A DNA stretch of 64,000 nt from a virus (taxonomy: Duplodnaviria > Caudoviricetes): IMG/VR virus record IMGVR_UViG_3300046526_000553, positions 79,779 through 143,778 of that record. One strand, 5' to 3'. Of the stretch, positions 20,026-30,694 are shown piece by piece. Numbering within the stretch: position 1 is the first letter of the stretch; each line of letters opens with the position of its first letter. The notes below the pieces were generated by a model, which ran no database searches, was not told where the DNA came from, and was given only the letters and a program-made list of their open reading frames with translations. Position numbers and translations under genes: made by a program.

Positions 20026-20922
20026 TGCTATATAATGAATAGCAAAAATTGCAACTTTCATTTTTTCGGCAATTTTTGTTGTATAAATTATATTGTAAAT
20101 ATTACTATGATATTATCCCATTTTATTGACTTTTTGTCAAACTTATGGTAAAGTATAGAATATTTATATTATAATATATTTTTGACAATTTGTCAATTTT
20201 ATTGAAAAATAGGGAGGAGAACGTTGTAAAATTTAAAATTTCCAGGGATGACGCAAAATTATTTCCATTGTCGCAGGAAGTTTGCGAAAAATGTTTTATT
20301 GTAGGATTCAAAAAAATTTTCATTGTTGGAAACTATTTTCAATTTGTAATAAAATTTTTCTTGAGTAAAAAAACTATTTTTACCTTTTATCATAATTCAA
20401 TTATAGGACATAAAATCTAATTTGTAAATAGGGATATATCTATAGGAATTTGGCTTATAAATTCGCCAAAGATATAATATAATATGGAGATGATTTTAAG
20501 CTTGAGCCATTATTTATATTATGATAGTTCCCAAATCTGTTTTGGTTGATTTCTCGATTGATTTTGGTAATATCTTTGGAGATACGTATGAATAGATTGA
20601 AAACACTTCTATTATTAATCTTTATTTTTTATATGTTTTTAGTTTGGTTATTCCATCAGTTGTTTTTTACTTCGTTTCGATTATGAATTTGTTTTGGTTT
20701 CTGTTATGTTTGTTTAGTGAGTTTGTTTTAAGGTTTAAAAGAGAGTTATGACATATATTTGACAGAAATACCAAGAGGGGGTTTAGGTGGGGTGGGTAAC
20801 CCCCATCAAAGAGGGTACCTCAGTGGGGTACGCCCCCAAAACAATGACGGTCTTAAAGTACCTAACTTCCCACCCCAAATTAAAGGATGGTCAAAGCAAA
20901 ATCTAATTTCAGAATAACATTT

Positions 20923-21423
20923 CTACTTTTTAAACTTTCGACTGTTTGCACTTTGACTAAGCCATTGGATATTATCAATCATATATCCTTTATCACTGTT
21001 TATTCTATCAATAGTTGGTGCTAGAAAAAGAGGAAATTCCTCCGACATCCATTCATTGTAAAGTTTCATGAATTCTTTATAAACATCTTCACGATGACAC
21101 CAGCCCAAAAAATCCTCTAATGATAGTAATTCCCTGCCTTTGGCACTACTACGCCCACCATTCCCACCTTTTACCCTTTTCTTCATACCATTATATCTTT
21201 GTCTAAAAATACGTTTAATATTATAACGATTACGCTTCTTCTCATAACCTGTATCTGTTTGATATTTCTTAACTTTCGCCTTATTACATTCTTTACATTC
21301 TTTCATCAGCCCATCCTTACAAGCCCTTGCCGTATAGAACTCACTCAGCGGTTTAATCTCATGGCACTTATTACATTCCTTACTTGGTATAGCAAACAAA
21401 TCTAACTGTTTATATTCGCTCAT
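20923..21423 (-). CDS. HNH-type (His-Me finger) homing endonuclease-like protein
   Basis: CNKC...CKEC; PTIDRINSDKGYMIDNIQWLSQSAN; paralog at 25820-26293. Confidence 0.8.
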   Translation of the reverse strand: MSEYKQLDLFAIPSKECNKCHEIKPLSEFYTARACKDGLMKECKECNKAKVKKYQTDTGYEKKRNRYNIKRIFRQRYNGMKKRVKGGNGGRSSAKGRELLSLEDFLGWCHREDVYKEFMKLYNEWMSEEFPLFLAPTIDRINSDKGYMIDNIQWLSQSANSRKFKK

Positions 21424-21664
21424 AATAGAAAAATCCCTCTGCCGTGACGACGAAAGGGATTTTAGGTTACACCGAACTATAAGAATAGTACAGCCTTGAA
21501 CCCTTAGCCGTCAACATTATTTAGTAGTCGGCAGGGTTACATGTTCGGTGTAGCCATACCTTAACCTAATCATATAGCACGAATATTTCAAATGTCAAAT
21601 CAAAAAAACACCCCCGATATACCAGAGGTGTTTCAAGCCTAGTCAGCATTGCTATTAAATCATA

Positions 21665-23120
21665 TCATGGATAAACTTCTAAAAGATTATACGTTATACC
21701 CTCTTTCTCTCTTGTTTTCTTGTCGATGTTCAAAAGTTCATCAACTTTATCATTTGCATTTCCAATATCCGTAGCCTGAACGGTAATAGTTGAGAACCTA
21801 TCTCCATACTTATCCATTTTAACCTTGAACCTAAAATTATATTCGTCCATGTTATCTTCTCCTTTCATCTGTGACCTTGATAGGGCTATAATAGTTCTCC
21901 CTAAAAAGCTATCTTTACTTATTGTCATGCTTTCCCTCATCGCTTAAACTTCCGACTATCCGTTGCTTCTTTTTACCGCAACGTTTACAAACACACCTTT
22001 GACCATCAGCCACATAACTTTTTAATGCACTCTCAGCTGGTACGTCTATATAATCTACAAATGGTCGAACTTCTACCGCTACATCTTCCCACTTCCCCCA
22101 ATCATGAAACAATCTGCAAGCGTTCATATCCCCCCTAAATAACCTTAAAATACCGATGCATGACCCGTAGAAGATTATCATAATCCCCACTCATGGCTTC
22201 ATCATTGATTTTTTTCCACTCCATACCATTGTCTAATGCCACTCGCCTAGCCTTAGCTAAGATTGCAAACGCATTACCATCCGAACCCGTTAATTTTAGT
22301 TGTGGTTTCACATCTATCATTTATTCACTCCTCGATACTCACGTATCAATGCTTTAAGTTTAGTGAGCGTGAAAGCGTCTAGCACAATCACGCTGTATGC
22401 ACGCACTCCGTCCTCAATATAAGCCGTCCAGCCAGTTTTATGTCGAAATGTGGTAGGTAGTGCGGTTTTTTCGATTGCAGCGCCCATATAGAAGCTATGT
22501 GACTCAAAATTAAGGCTCATACTCATTTCACATTCCCATCTTTATCTAAACCACAAGCCTCAAAGAATATTTCTCTTTGAAAGTTAGGGTTATCTCTCTC
22601 CAAGTTGACAACAAAATTGTTTACTATATCCAGCCAATTTCCCATGAATATATTGTAATCGACATCTTGAGTATTCATCGGCATATAATCAGCTAACGTT
22701 GCTGCAATCGATTCGTAATCTTTCTTTGTCATTACTCTACCTCGATTTCTTCATTACTGCACCAATCACTGAACCATACAATGTATGCTGTTGGGTCAAG
22801 CTCTTTGACAATCTGTGATGGTAAAAATTCTAACTCACCGATTACACAACTTCCATAAACCTCATCTAAGTAATCATCATACGAATCTAAGGCTTGTTGT
22901 TCTGTTAATTTCTTCATTGTTCCTCCTTATTCGGTAGTTCGATTAAAAGCTTTTTAGCACTCAATATAATTTCCTGTGTCTTTTCTAAATCCCTTTTCAC
23001 CTTGTCGTTGTCTTCCAGCGCAATCGCTATTTCCAAAGCGTAAGCTATATTGCTGAATAAAGATGTATCTTTACTTGTAAACTCTGCCAAATTCTCCGTA
23101 TCTAAGAAAGTCACGTTCAT
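21665..23120 (-). other. Run of small hypothetical genes (about 21665-21940, 21915-22190, 22135-22320, 22317-22526, 22523-22732, 22732-22917, 22914-23120)
   Basis: Co-oriented with overlapping stops and starts. Confidence 0.65.
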
Positions 23121-23722
23121 TGTTCACCTCCTGAATACTCCACCTCAACTGGTGGATGGTTGATATCAAATACATCATACGGTGAGCCATACTCACCAAA
23201 GTTACTAACATCTTCATCTTGCCAAAAGCAGTTAACGTTCAACCCCATCTCTGTGAGCTTATCGAATATGGCTGATGGTGGACTCCATGCAGTATTAAAT
23301 TGCAGTACCAACTTTGTTGGACTCTCAAGCAATAACTTGGCTTCGTAAGCGCCCCATTTCGTTGACCAATTCGCAATTGCCCATTCATACCAACTATCTG
23401 CCCCGTAAACGCTCATACGGCGCTCCTGTTCGGCTTTTGTGATAGCTTTGATAGTCTGGTCGCTTTTGAACGGGCTATCATCTTTAGCATAGTTTAAATT
23501 AATTTTGTCGGCTTCGGCTTGCGTTGCCACAACCTCTGTCGGTGAAATTGTTTCATTAAGTTCTTTTGGCATAGGTATTATACCGTTAAAGTCAAAATAT
23601 ATTTCACTACCTATTGCTGGTTGTTCGTTGTTATTGAATTGTTTAATAGTATCCGCCTTGAGTTTAGCGATTGATTTTTCATCACCGCTTATCTCAACCC
23701 AATTTGTTATGTGATTTGGCAT
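23117..23722 (-). CDS. DUF1281/YubB ferredoxin-like domain protein
   Basis: MPNHITN...FDFNGIIPMPKEL...WYEWAIANWSTKW...FNTAWSPP. Confidence 0.8.
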   Translation of the reverse strand: MPNHITNWVEISGDEKSIAKLKADTIKQFNNNEQPAIGSEIYFDFNGIIPMPKELNETISPTEVVATQAEADKINLNYAKDDSPFKSDQTIKAITKAEQERRMSVYGADSWYEWAIANWSTKWGAYEAKLLLESPTKLVLQFNTAWSPPSAIFDKLTEMGLNVNCFWQDEDVSNFGEYGSPYDVFDINHPPVEVEYSGGEQ

Positions 23723-23737
23723 AGTTTCTCCTTATCC

Positions 23738-25144
23738 TTAATCTTCATATCCCGTTGCCCAAGCTAACAGCATTGCTATATTAATACAAGCTATGCCCTT
23801 ACCATCCCGGCAAAGCATGATGTTGCTTTCCGTATGGTCATTCATAGCATTATCAAAATCTCCACCACCAAAGACTAGCGTCAATTCCTGTTCATCTGGC
23901 TCATGCCAATCTTGTCTAACACCTAATCGCTTTTTGAGTTCCAACAATTCTTTCTTTGTTCTAATCTGTTGCATCTTACCCCTTTCGTTTACTTGAAAAA
24001 ATCTTCATCCATGTTATTAATTTCACCATTATCTAAACTTGCGTCTAGCATAACTTCATTATCACTATTTCGTACTACAGTAATGTTGGCATTACCGCGC
24101 CTATCATAGCTCAAAATACCCCTGTAATTTGCCAGTTTAGGCTGTAATGTGACGTAGTTATCTTCGTATTCTTCAAATTTAGTACCATTCACCTCTACCT
24201 TGAAAACTTTATCTAACTTTGGCATTTTACCCCTTTCGTTTAACTTACTCTACAAGCATACACCAGCAGTAACAATAAAGTCAATGATTTTTTACTTGTT
24301 TTTTACATTCCGGCATACTTCGCAGTTCTTCTACCAATTCAGATTTATGTGATTCCATTGCCAAACGCCATAAAGCCTCTTTTCCAGCTTCAGTTACGTT
24401 ATCTTGTTCATCAATATAGCCTGATTCAACCAATAAACAATTTTCATCATCTGAATTTGGCTCATTGCAATAAATTAATATTCTCATAACTAACAGCCAA
24501 AATAATACCATACCAATAATTATCATTTTACTTCCTTTTCATGGCATACGGCACAAACCCCATTGATATTACAATGCTTACCGTTATTAACTTCGGCAAA
24601 ACCACAAACATAATAATCCACATTACCCCCTATACTGTCGGCAAATTAATGTCTTTAGCTGCTTTCACAACTCCAAACTGCGTAACTATTTCAAACCATT
24701 TTGTAATACCAGATTGAATACCATTGCCATCTCGACCATTTCCGTTGATACCCACAATTCCAATCTGATAGCCCCAATTCCAACTTGGCGCACTATAAAA
24801 ACCGGTTCTGTAATAGTTTGGTTGTATATTACCAAAATATTTCTTAGCGTTATCTATGGCTGTTTCATCTTCCAAGTACCAGTCTTTCAATTCTTTGTAA
24901 CTTATCGTATTCATGGCTACTCCCTCAATTTACTTCCGTGTTATATTTATATAATCGCATTCTCTTTAAATTCTCGTACTAAACGGTATTTACGTGCAAT
25001 TTCGTAAAAAAATGCTTGCCAATCCGCTAGTTCACTCCAATACCAATCATGATTACCAAAATCTGATTGCCATTCTATAGCCAAATCCCTTGCTTGTTCA
25101 GCATTTTTGATACTGCTTATTTCAGGTATTATCATTTTAACCAT
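23738..25144 (-). other. Small hypothetical genes (23738-23974, 23989-24225, 24281-24526, 24630-24914, 24947-25144)
   Basis: Mostly AAGGGG-type RBSs; boxed promoter at 24255-24284. Confidence 0.65.
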
Positions 25145-25164
25145 ATTTTACCCCCTTATTGTAA

Positions 25165-25765
25165 TCTTAGTTAGATTGGATAACCGCTTGTGAGGCTCAA
25201 GCGCGTGACTATCGCTTGCTTCTGTGTCTACCTCGTCACAATAAGAGCTACTTACTGCCGTAGTTTACGGATAACCCCACAAGTTCGGTTATTCAATCTT
25301 GATTGAGTAGCCCACTACTGATGTAAGATAAAGCAAGAGGCATTCTAACCACGACTCTCTTTTCAGCTTTCTTAGAAGCGATACATAGTAGCTTTAAACT
25401 ATGTCCTTGCACGTAGTGGATTACGCTTACATCAGTAGTGGTGCTAGTAACAGAGGTGCTTAGTTTTAGGTCTTACGTTATTTCGCTTATCCTCATTTTG
25501 TGCCCTGACCGTGTACGGCTTTACGCTGCCAACGATGACACTTCGCATTGCTACTAGCTTGACCGTATAAGATGACGGATTCGCACCGACCAGCTGGATT
25601 TATTCCTTATACAGCCACTTTGGCTACCCAATTATTAGAAACAAGGGTGAAAGCAAGCCTATTGTGCTTATAAGTGTAGCTGCACGTAGGGCTTCCCACT
25701 CTATCCTAAGTGCTTGCTTTGCCTTGTTATGTTGTACGTTGCTTGTGCCAGTTGCTCAAGTAACT
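25165..25765 (-). ncRNA. Candidate multi-domain structured RNA or long leader
   Basis: No ORF; five consecutive domains closed by inverted repeats; promoter TTGACA-17-TATGAT at 25800-25772. Confidence 0.55.
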
Positions 25766-25819
25766 GTATGAATCATACACCAGCATAAAAATATTGTCAA
25801 TATTAATTTTGTATTTCAT

Positions 25820-26293
25820 TTATTTCACTCGTTTTATCGTATTATCTATATGTGTAAGCCACTGAATATTCCCTAGAACATAACTTTTAGTATTATCAAT
25901 CCTATCAATACTTGGACAAAATTTAATATTAAAATTTGATATCACCCATTGCTTGTATAACCTTTTAAACTCTAAGAATATTTCAGGTTTATAACACCAT
26001 TCGATAAATTCTTCTTTGGACATTAAATCTTTACCATAAACTTTATACTTTTCTCCCTTTCTTCTATACCTCTTACCAGTAGTTCTACTTTTCATATTGT
26101 AATAATGTTGATTAAATATTCTTTCAATATCGTGATGGTTTCTTGCTAATTCATATTTAGTTATCTTTCGATAATTAGCCGTTCTTTTATTGTTACACTT
26201 TTTACATTCATGCATTAACCCATCTCTATTACTTTTAGCAGTATAAAATTCAGTGAATGGTTTGAGCATATAGCAAATATTACATTTTTTCAT
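25820..26293 (-). CDS. HNH-type homing endonuclease-like protein (start revised to ATG 26293)
   Basis: MKKCNIC...CKKC; PSIDRIDNTKSYVLGNIQWLT. Confidence 0.8.
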   Translation of the reverse strand: MKKCNICYMLKPFTEFYTAKSNRDGLMHECKKCNNKRTANYRKITKYELARNHHDIERIFNQHYYNMKSRTTGKRYRRKGEKYKVYGKDLMSKEEFIEWCYKPEIFLEFKRLYKQWVISNFNIKFCPSIDRIDNTKSYVLGNIQWLTHIDNTIKRVK

Positions 26294-27761
26294 GATTAGT
26301 TGTCCCCATTTAAGAATAAATACCACACATGACCAAATAAGTACATATTGACATTTATCTATTGTTGGTGTATTATACTGTGGACAACCTAACTGAAAGG
26401 AGTAAGTCATAATGGCGTTTAGGCGTGGATACCCTGAAAAGCTAAAGATAGCTAAAAGGGCTGGATTAGAGCCGACTAAGGATAGTGTACGGCTAATTAA
26501 TAGTGTTTCAAATAAGAACCTGAAAAGGAAAGGAAAATTTGCCATATGATGTTATGGCATAGTTTGCTATATTAGCAACTCATTACATAACATTTCTATC
26601 ATGTTACCAAAATTACAACATAATTCTTACAACAAAATAATCGTTGTAATTTCTGGCATTTCAGGGTTCGTTCTCGGCGGGCGACAGATACCACCCCTGT
26701 AGAATTTTTCCTGTTGCCCCCGTCAAAAAAATTCCGTTGTCTGAAATTTTTTTGATTGACGAGCAAAATAAATTTGATTGAAGTGGAAAAAAAATTTAAT
26801 TGATTAGAAGAAATTGATTACCCCCCGATTCAAACATACCCTACAATTTGATATTCTAAGACAAATGATTCCTGATATAGCTAGGAATTATTTCTAATCA
26901 CCATCACTATCACTTGAGCTTTTGTGGGAAGTCAACATGATAATTCCAAAAGCCAATGTCCAACCACCTGCCACCAAATGGCTATGCATGAGCAAATAAA
27001 CTCCTACGAGCACCAAGAATATGCCAGCAGTAATATATAATATATATCTTAACCAGTTCATGCCATCAATCTCCTTGTTTATGAGGTGAAGATGATTTGA
27101 AATCAATAATTTCTGCTAAGTCCCATCTCAAGCTGGAATAATCGCCTTCAGATATCACTATGATGAATTTGTTAATCATTCTATTCTCGGTAATATCTCC
27201 CATATTTTTGCCTATCGATTTGGTTGAAAACTTCCCTAGAACCAAGGATGGGGTATTAATTTCGACCGCCCCCATTCCAAGAAGGGGGTACGGTTTCCTG
27301 GCTGGAATAACTTGACGGTCAGGCTGAAACCAAATTTCCAAAATCGATTTACTCTAGCGGGTTCGTTTCTCTTCACCACTTTCTTCCTTCTCTGCCGTAG
27401 ACCAACGATTCTCAGATTGTGGAAAGGATATCGCATCAGCTGTGCCAATATATCTCAGTTCATACACATCATTGTATCTCTGTATCCTCACAGGATGGTC
27501 AATCGCCTCATTAAATATTCCTTTAGAATTGTGTAATATAGCCGTTATATTATATGTTTTTATCATCGTAGTTTCTCCTCCATCTCAAGATATTCTATCA
27601 ACTGGTTGACCGCTACCACCAAATCAGGCAGTACCTCCTCTATGGGTCGGGGTTTAGTTAACCCTTCGTTGAGTGTTTCTGACAAATCTACTTTATCTGG
27701 TAAGTTCATATTAATTTTCTCGTTGATTACCGACTAGCGTTAAACCTATTGGCTGAAAGAC

Positions 27762-28466
27762 CTAGCTTTTCTTGTCAGCTTTTTCTTCCTTCTCAAGCTG
27801 TTTCAGCTTCTCCACCACTTTAGCTTTATTCTCCTTGAATAATAACCTGAGCAGAATTATTTCACCTTGCCTGGTTAATTTACCACAATTATCTGTTATG
27901 CCAAACTTCCGAAATAATCTTTCGTCTGAGTCCAGCTCAAGGTCTTCTATCTTCCCTACAATCGTTTCATCACTCATACCTTTTCCTCCTACGTTATACA
28001 CTTCGTTAAGTTTTTCGGTTATCCCAGAATCTTTTCTAGCATCTATCGATATCGTTATTTTTTCCTCATCCACCGTCTCGAACTCATCTCTTCTTAGATA
28101 CCAACTTTGACCGGTGTTTTTGCCAATATCATGAGCACCATAATCATCAAAAATATCTTTGGCAAGTTTATCTATTACGACAATTTGACCGATGTCAAAG
28201 TCGTGACCATACTTCTGTGCAATAATCTTTACCCTTGAGCCTATTTTCAAGTAATCATCTTTTACCAAATCAATAGAACTTGCATGACCACAACATTCAA
28301 GACTAGAATCATTTATGCTTTTATAGAGCGGGGTATCCCCATCAACAGTAATTTCGACGATATCACCTGCATTAAAACCATAGCACCCAGAATTCTCTGA
28401 AAACTGATACCACTGACCTTTTCTATATTTCACTATACATCTCCTTTCTGCCTTGCTAGTCAGCAA
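27762..28466 (-). CDS. Hypothetical protein: tandem SH3/KOW-like units plus a shared C-terminal domain
   Basis: C-terminus similar to 34085-34516 and 24281-24526; true start may be the GTG near 28433. Confidence 0.7.
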   Translation of the reverse strand: MLTSKAERRCIVKYRKGQWYQFSENSGCYGFNAGDIVEITVDGDTPLYKSINDSSLECCGHASSIDLVKDDYLKIGSRVKIIAQKYGHDFDIGQIVVIDKLAKDIFDDYGAHDIGKNTGQSWYLRRDEFETVDEEKITISIDARKDSGITEKLNEVYNVGGKGMSDETIVGKIEDLELDSDERLFRKFGITDNCGKLTRQGEIILLRLLFKENKAKVVEKLKQLEKEEKADKKS

Positions 28467-28530
28467 TCAACGAACAAATTGTTAATGAACTGTCTGCATT
28501 ATACACCAACACTATACAATAATCAAGCCA

Positions 28531-29649
28531 CTATGCTTCATTCTCTGCAGGAATCAAAAGATAATCTTCCATCGGAAGTGAATTTGACTCCTCATCTTGG
28601 TAATGTCTTGCGGTCACATAATCAGCATCCTTCTTCTCGTTAATATATCCGGGATTTATAAACTTAACGAATTGTCTTTCGGTACTCGCATCATCCATCA
28701 GAAGGCAATATTCAGTTTCACCCGTATCACGGAAATTCCTGCATTCATACAAACGATTACCCTTAACCCCCGTATGGATTAATTTAGCTTTCAAACCTTT
28801 TAACATTTCATTTACCCCGAGTAAAGAAAAAGCCACTTCTCTCAAGTCATTATCTTCAATGCGCATTACTTCTTCGGCAGTTATAGATTTATCAATAATC
28901 TTTTGCCAGAGAGTCTTATCAAAGTTAAGTCCTTTAAGAAAATAGAACCGCTTACCGCCCTTCCATCTAATAGCAGGAGAAATCTCTGAGTGAAAACGAT
29001 TACGCTCATCAATAAGCACTAATGGAGTTGGAACAATGTATAGTATATTCTCCCATTCGACCCTATAGCCAGCACCAGCTTCGATAGCTTTCAAAAGTAA
29101 TCCTGAATATTCAAGGTAAAGTCGGTCATTTTCGTTAGGCAATTTATCTTTATCTGGGTTCAAACAATACTCATATTCAAATACAAAATATTCAAATTCA
29201 ACATCTAAAGCTGACCAATAAGCACTCCCAGCACTCCCAGCACTCCGAGCACTCCCAGCACTCCGAGCACTCCAAGCACTCCGAGCACTCCAAGCACTCC
29301 GAGCACTCCCAGCACTCCGAGCACTCCGAGCACTCCCAGCACTCCGAGCACTCCGAGCACTCCCAGCACTCCGAGCACTCCGAGCACTCCCAGCACTCCC
29401 AGCACTCCCAGCACTCCAAGCACTCCAAGCACTCCCAGCACTCCCAGCACTCCCAGCACTTTTTCGGAATTTATTAACAAAAGGGTCTTTTAACCATACT
29501 ACTTTTTTAGGCCTAGGAAGATTAAACAAATCGTAGGTTTTTAAGATAGATTCAGCAGCTTTTTCTTTATCTAAATTGAAATCTTTGCGCTCCACTAAAG
29601 CACACATCTTATCAATCAACAATGCCGTATCTTCATGATAGTCAGCCAT
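28531..29649 (-). CDS. DUF6745-like protein with SA[G/R/W] tripeptide repeat
   Basis: P...DERNRFHSEISPAIRWKGG..YFLKG...I...R; paralog at 55378-56883. Confidence 0.75.
   Translation of the reverse strand: MADYHEDTALLIDKMCALVERKDFNLDKEKAAESILKTYDLFNLPRPKKVVWLKDPFVNKFRKSAGSAGSAGSAWSAWSAGSAGSAGSARSARSAGSARSARSAGSARSARSAGSARSAWSARSAWSARSAGSARSAGSAGSAYWSALDVEFEYFVFEYEYCLNPDKDKLPNENDRLYLEYSGLLLKAIEAGAGYRVEWENILYIVPTPLVLIDERNRFHSEISPAIRWKGGKRFYFLKGLNFDKTLWQKIIDKSITAEEVMRIEDNDLREVAFSLLGVNEMLKGLKAKLIHTGVKGNRLYECRNFRDTGETEYCLLMDDASTERQFVKFINPGYINEKKDADYVTARHYQDEESNSLPMEDYLLIPAENEA
29218..29460 (-). repeat. In-frame 9-bp tandem repeat AGTGCT[G/C/T]GG, 26 units plus a final SAY unit
   Basis: Read directly from the sequence. 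Confidence 0.95.
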
Positions 29650-29652
29650 AAA

Positions 29653-29994
29653 CTAATCTTTCGAATTCCTGATTATTTTATCATATGGGTCATATTCGGT
29701 ATCGTGATAACGCTTATAAATCCCAGCAGGCACTGTAAGCGTCCGGTGTTTATCGGTTGTTTTCTGGTGCGTTAAGTCAGTTGGTTTGAATAATCTGAAA
29801 TATAATTCTTTCTTTTCAGTTTCGGTTACTTCAAATGTTTCACCTTCTAAAACGTGGTGATGCCCCGTTTCAGAATGCCCAACTATGAATTTATTATGTT
29901 TTTCGGTTTTGCCTTTTGGTATATTACCGACTGGTATTAGCATGATTTCTCCATGACGTATTGATAGCAATCGCTCTTTGTCAGGTTTTTTCAT
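29653..29994 (-). CDS. Small His-rich partner of the DUF6745-like protein
   Basis: RHGEI...HSETGHHH...HQ...H..L.VPAGIY...EYDP; paralog at 54949-55362. Confidence 0.75.
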   Translation of the reverse strand: MKKPDKERLLSIRHGEIMLIPVGNIPKGKTEKHNKFIVGHSETGHHHVLEGETFEVTETEKKELYFRLFKPTDLTHQKTTDKHRTLTVPAGIYKRYHDTEYDPYDKIIRNSKD

Positions 29995-30050
29995 ATAATC
30001 TCCTCTTGATTAAATAGTATTCCCACTATACACCAACATCAATATTAATG

Positions 30051-30248
30051 TCAATGGTATTTATCCCATAGAGCCAGATATATAATTACTACCGCAAAAA
30101 TCAGAATCCCCACAATAATACCACCGTAAATTGGCAACAAAACTAGCCACCAGCTCCAATTTATAACTCCTACAAGCTTCAACACAATAAATATTAAACC
30201 TAGCGTCGATAGGAACCCCATTCCACCTGATGTAGTCGTGCTACTCAT
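30051..30248 (-). CDS. Small membrane protein
   Basis: LIFIVLKLVGVINWSWWLVLLPIY, a common phage TM family. Confidence 0.8.
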   Translation of the reverse strand: MSSTTTSGGMGFLSTLGLIFIVLKLVGVINWSWWLVLLPIYGGIIVGILIFAVVIIYLALWDKYH

Positions 30249-30576
30249 GAACTAATTTCCTTTTTTCTAGCATTGAATGAACGAACGATGCCCCGATTAG
30301 TAATACACCCATTAAACCTGTAACCAGTTCAGGTATATCAATGATTGTCGTTGACAGTAGTAAAATCGCCAAGCTGCCGATTGCCCAAAAAGCTCCGTTT
30401 TCCAGATATTTGTACTCAGACAACGTCCCTTTACGTACTAGATAAATCGTTAGGCTTCTGATAAAAAGTGCGCCTATTCCTAACCCAATGGCAATTAATA
30501 ATATTTGGTTGCTAACCGCTAAAGCTGACAGAACTCCATTATGAAATATTACAGGGCTTAAAATGACTGGAAACAC
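30241..30576 (-). pseudogene. C-terminal fragment of a DUF475/TerC-like membrane protein
   Basis: GLGIGALFIRSLTIYLV..GTLSEYKYLENGAFWAIG...IPELVTGL; N-terminal two-thirds absent. Confidence 0.7.
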
Positions 30577-30694
30577 TTCACATTATTTTAAGAAATCAGT
30601 GCCACCACACCAAGAACAAACACAAATATCCCCGCCACAAAGGCTAAGATTATAGTTATTATCAAGACCCAAAGCATGATAGCATCAAAAGAAC

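Noticed and set aside
10440-20900. Stop-codon reassignment as the cause of low coding density
   Set aside because: Conserved genes are intact in code 11 and end in TAA, TAG and TGA; the gaps contain promoters, terminators and repeats
25565-25612. tRNA gene
   Set aside because: Only a T-arm-like hairpin; no D or anticodon arms and no CCA. No convincing tRNA was seen anywhere in the window
26294-26545. N-terminal extension of the 241-aa HNH ORF
   Set aside because: The paralog at 20923 aligns only from the CxxC region; the extension overlaps an opposite-strand promoter
29218-29460. Diversity-generating retroelement variable region
   Set aside because: No reverse transcriptase and no adenine-bearing template copy in the window; variation is between tandem units
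29198-29480. ORFs (ECW/ECS)n and (VLG)n
   Set aside because: Alternate frames of the 9-bp repeat inside the 28531-29649 gene
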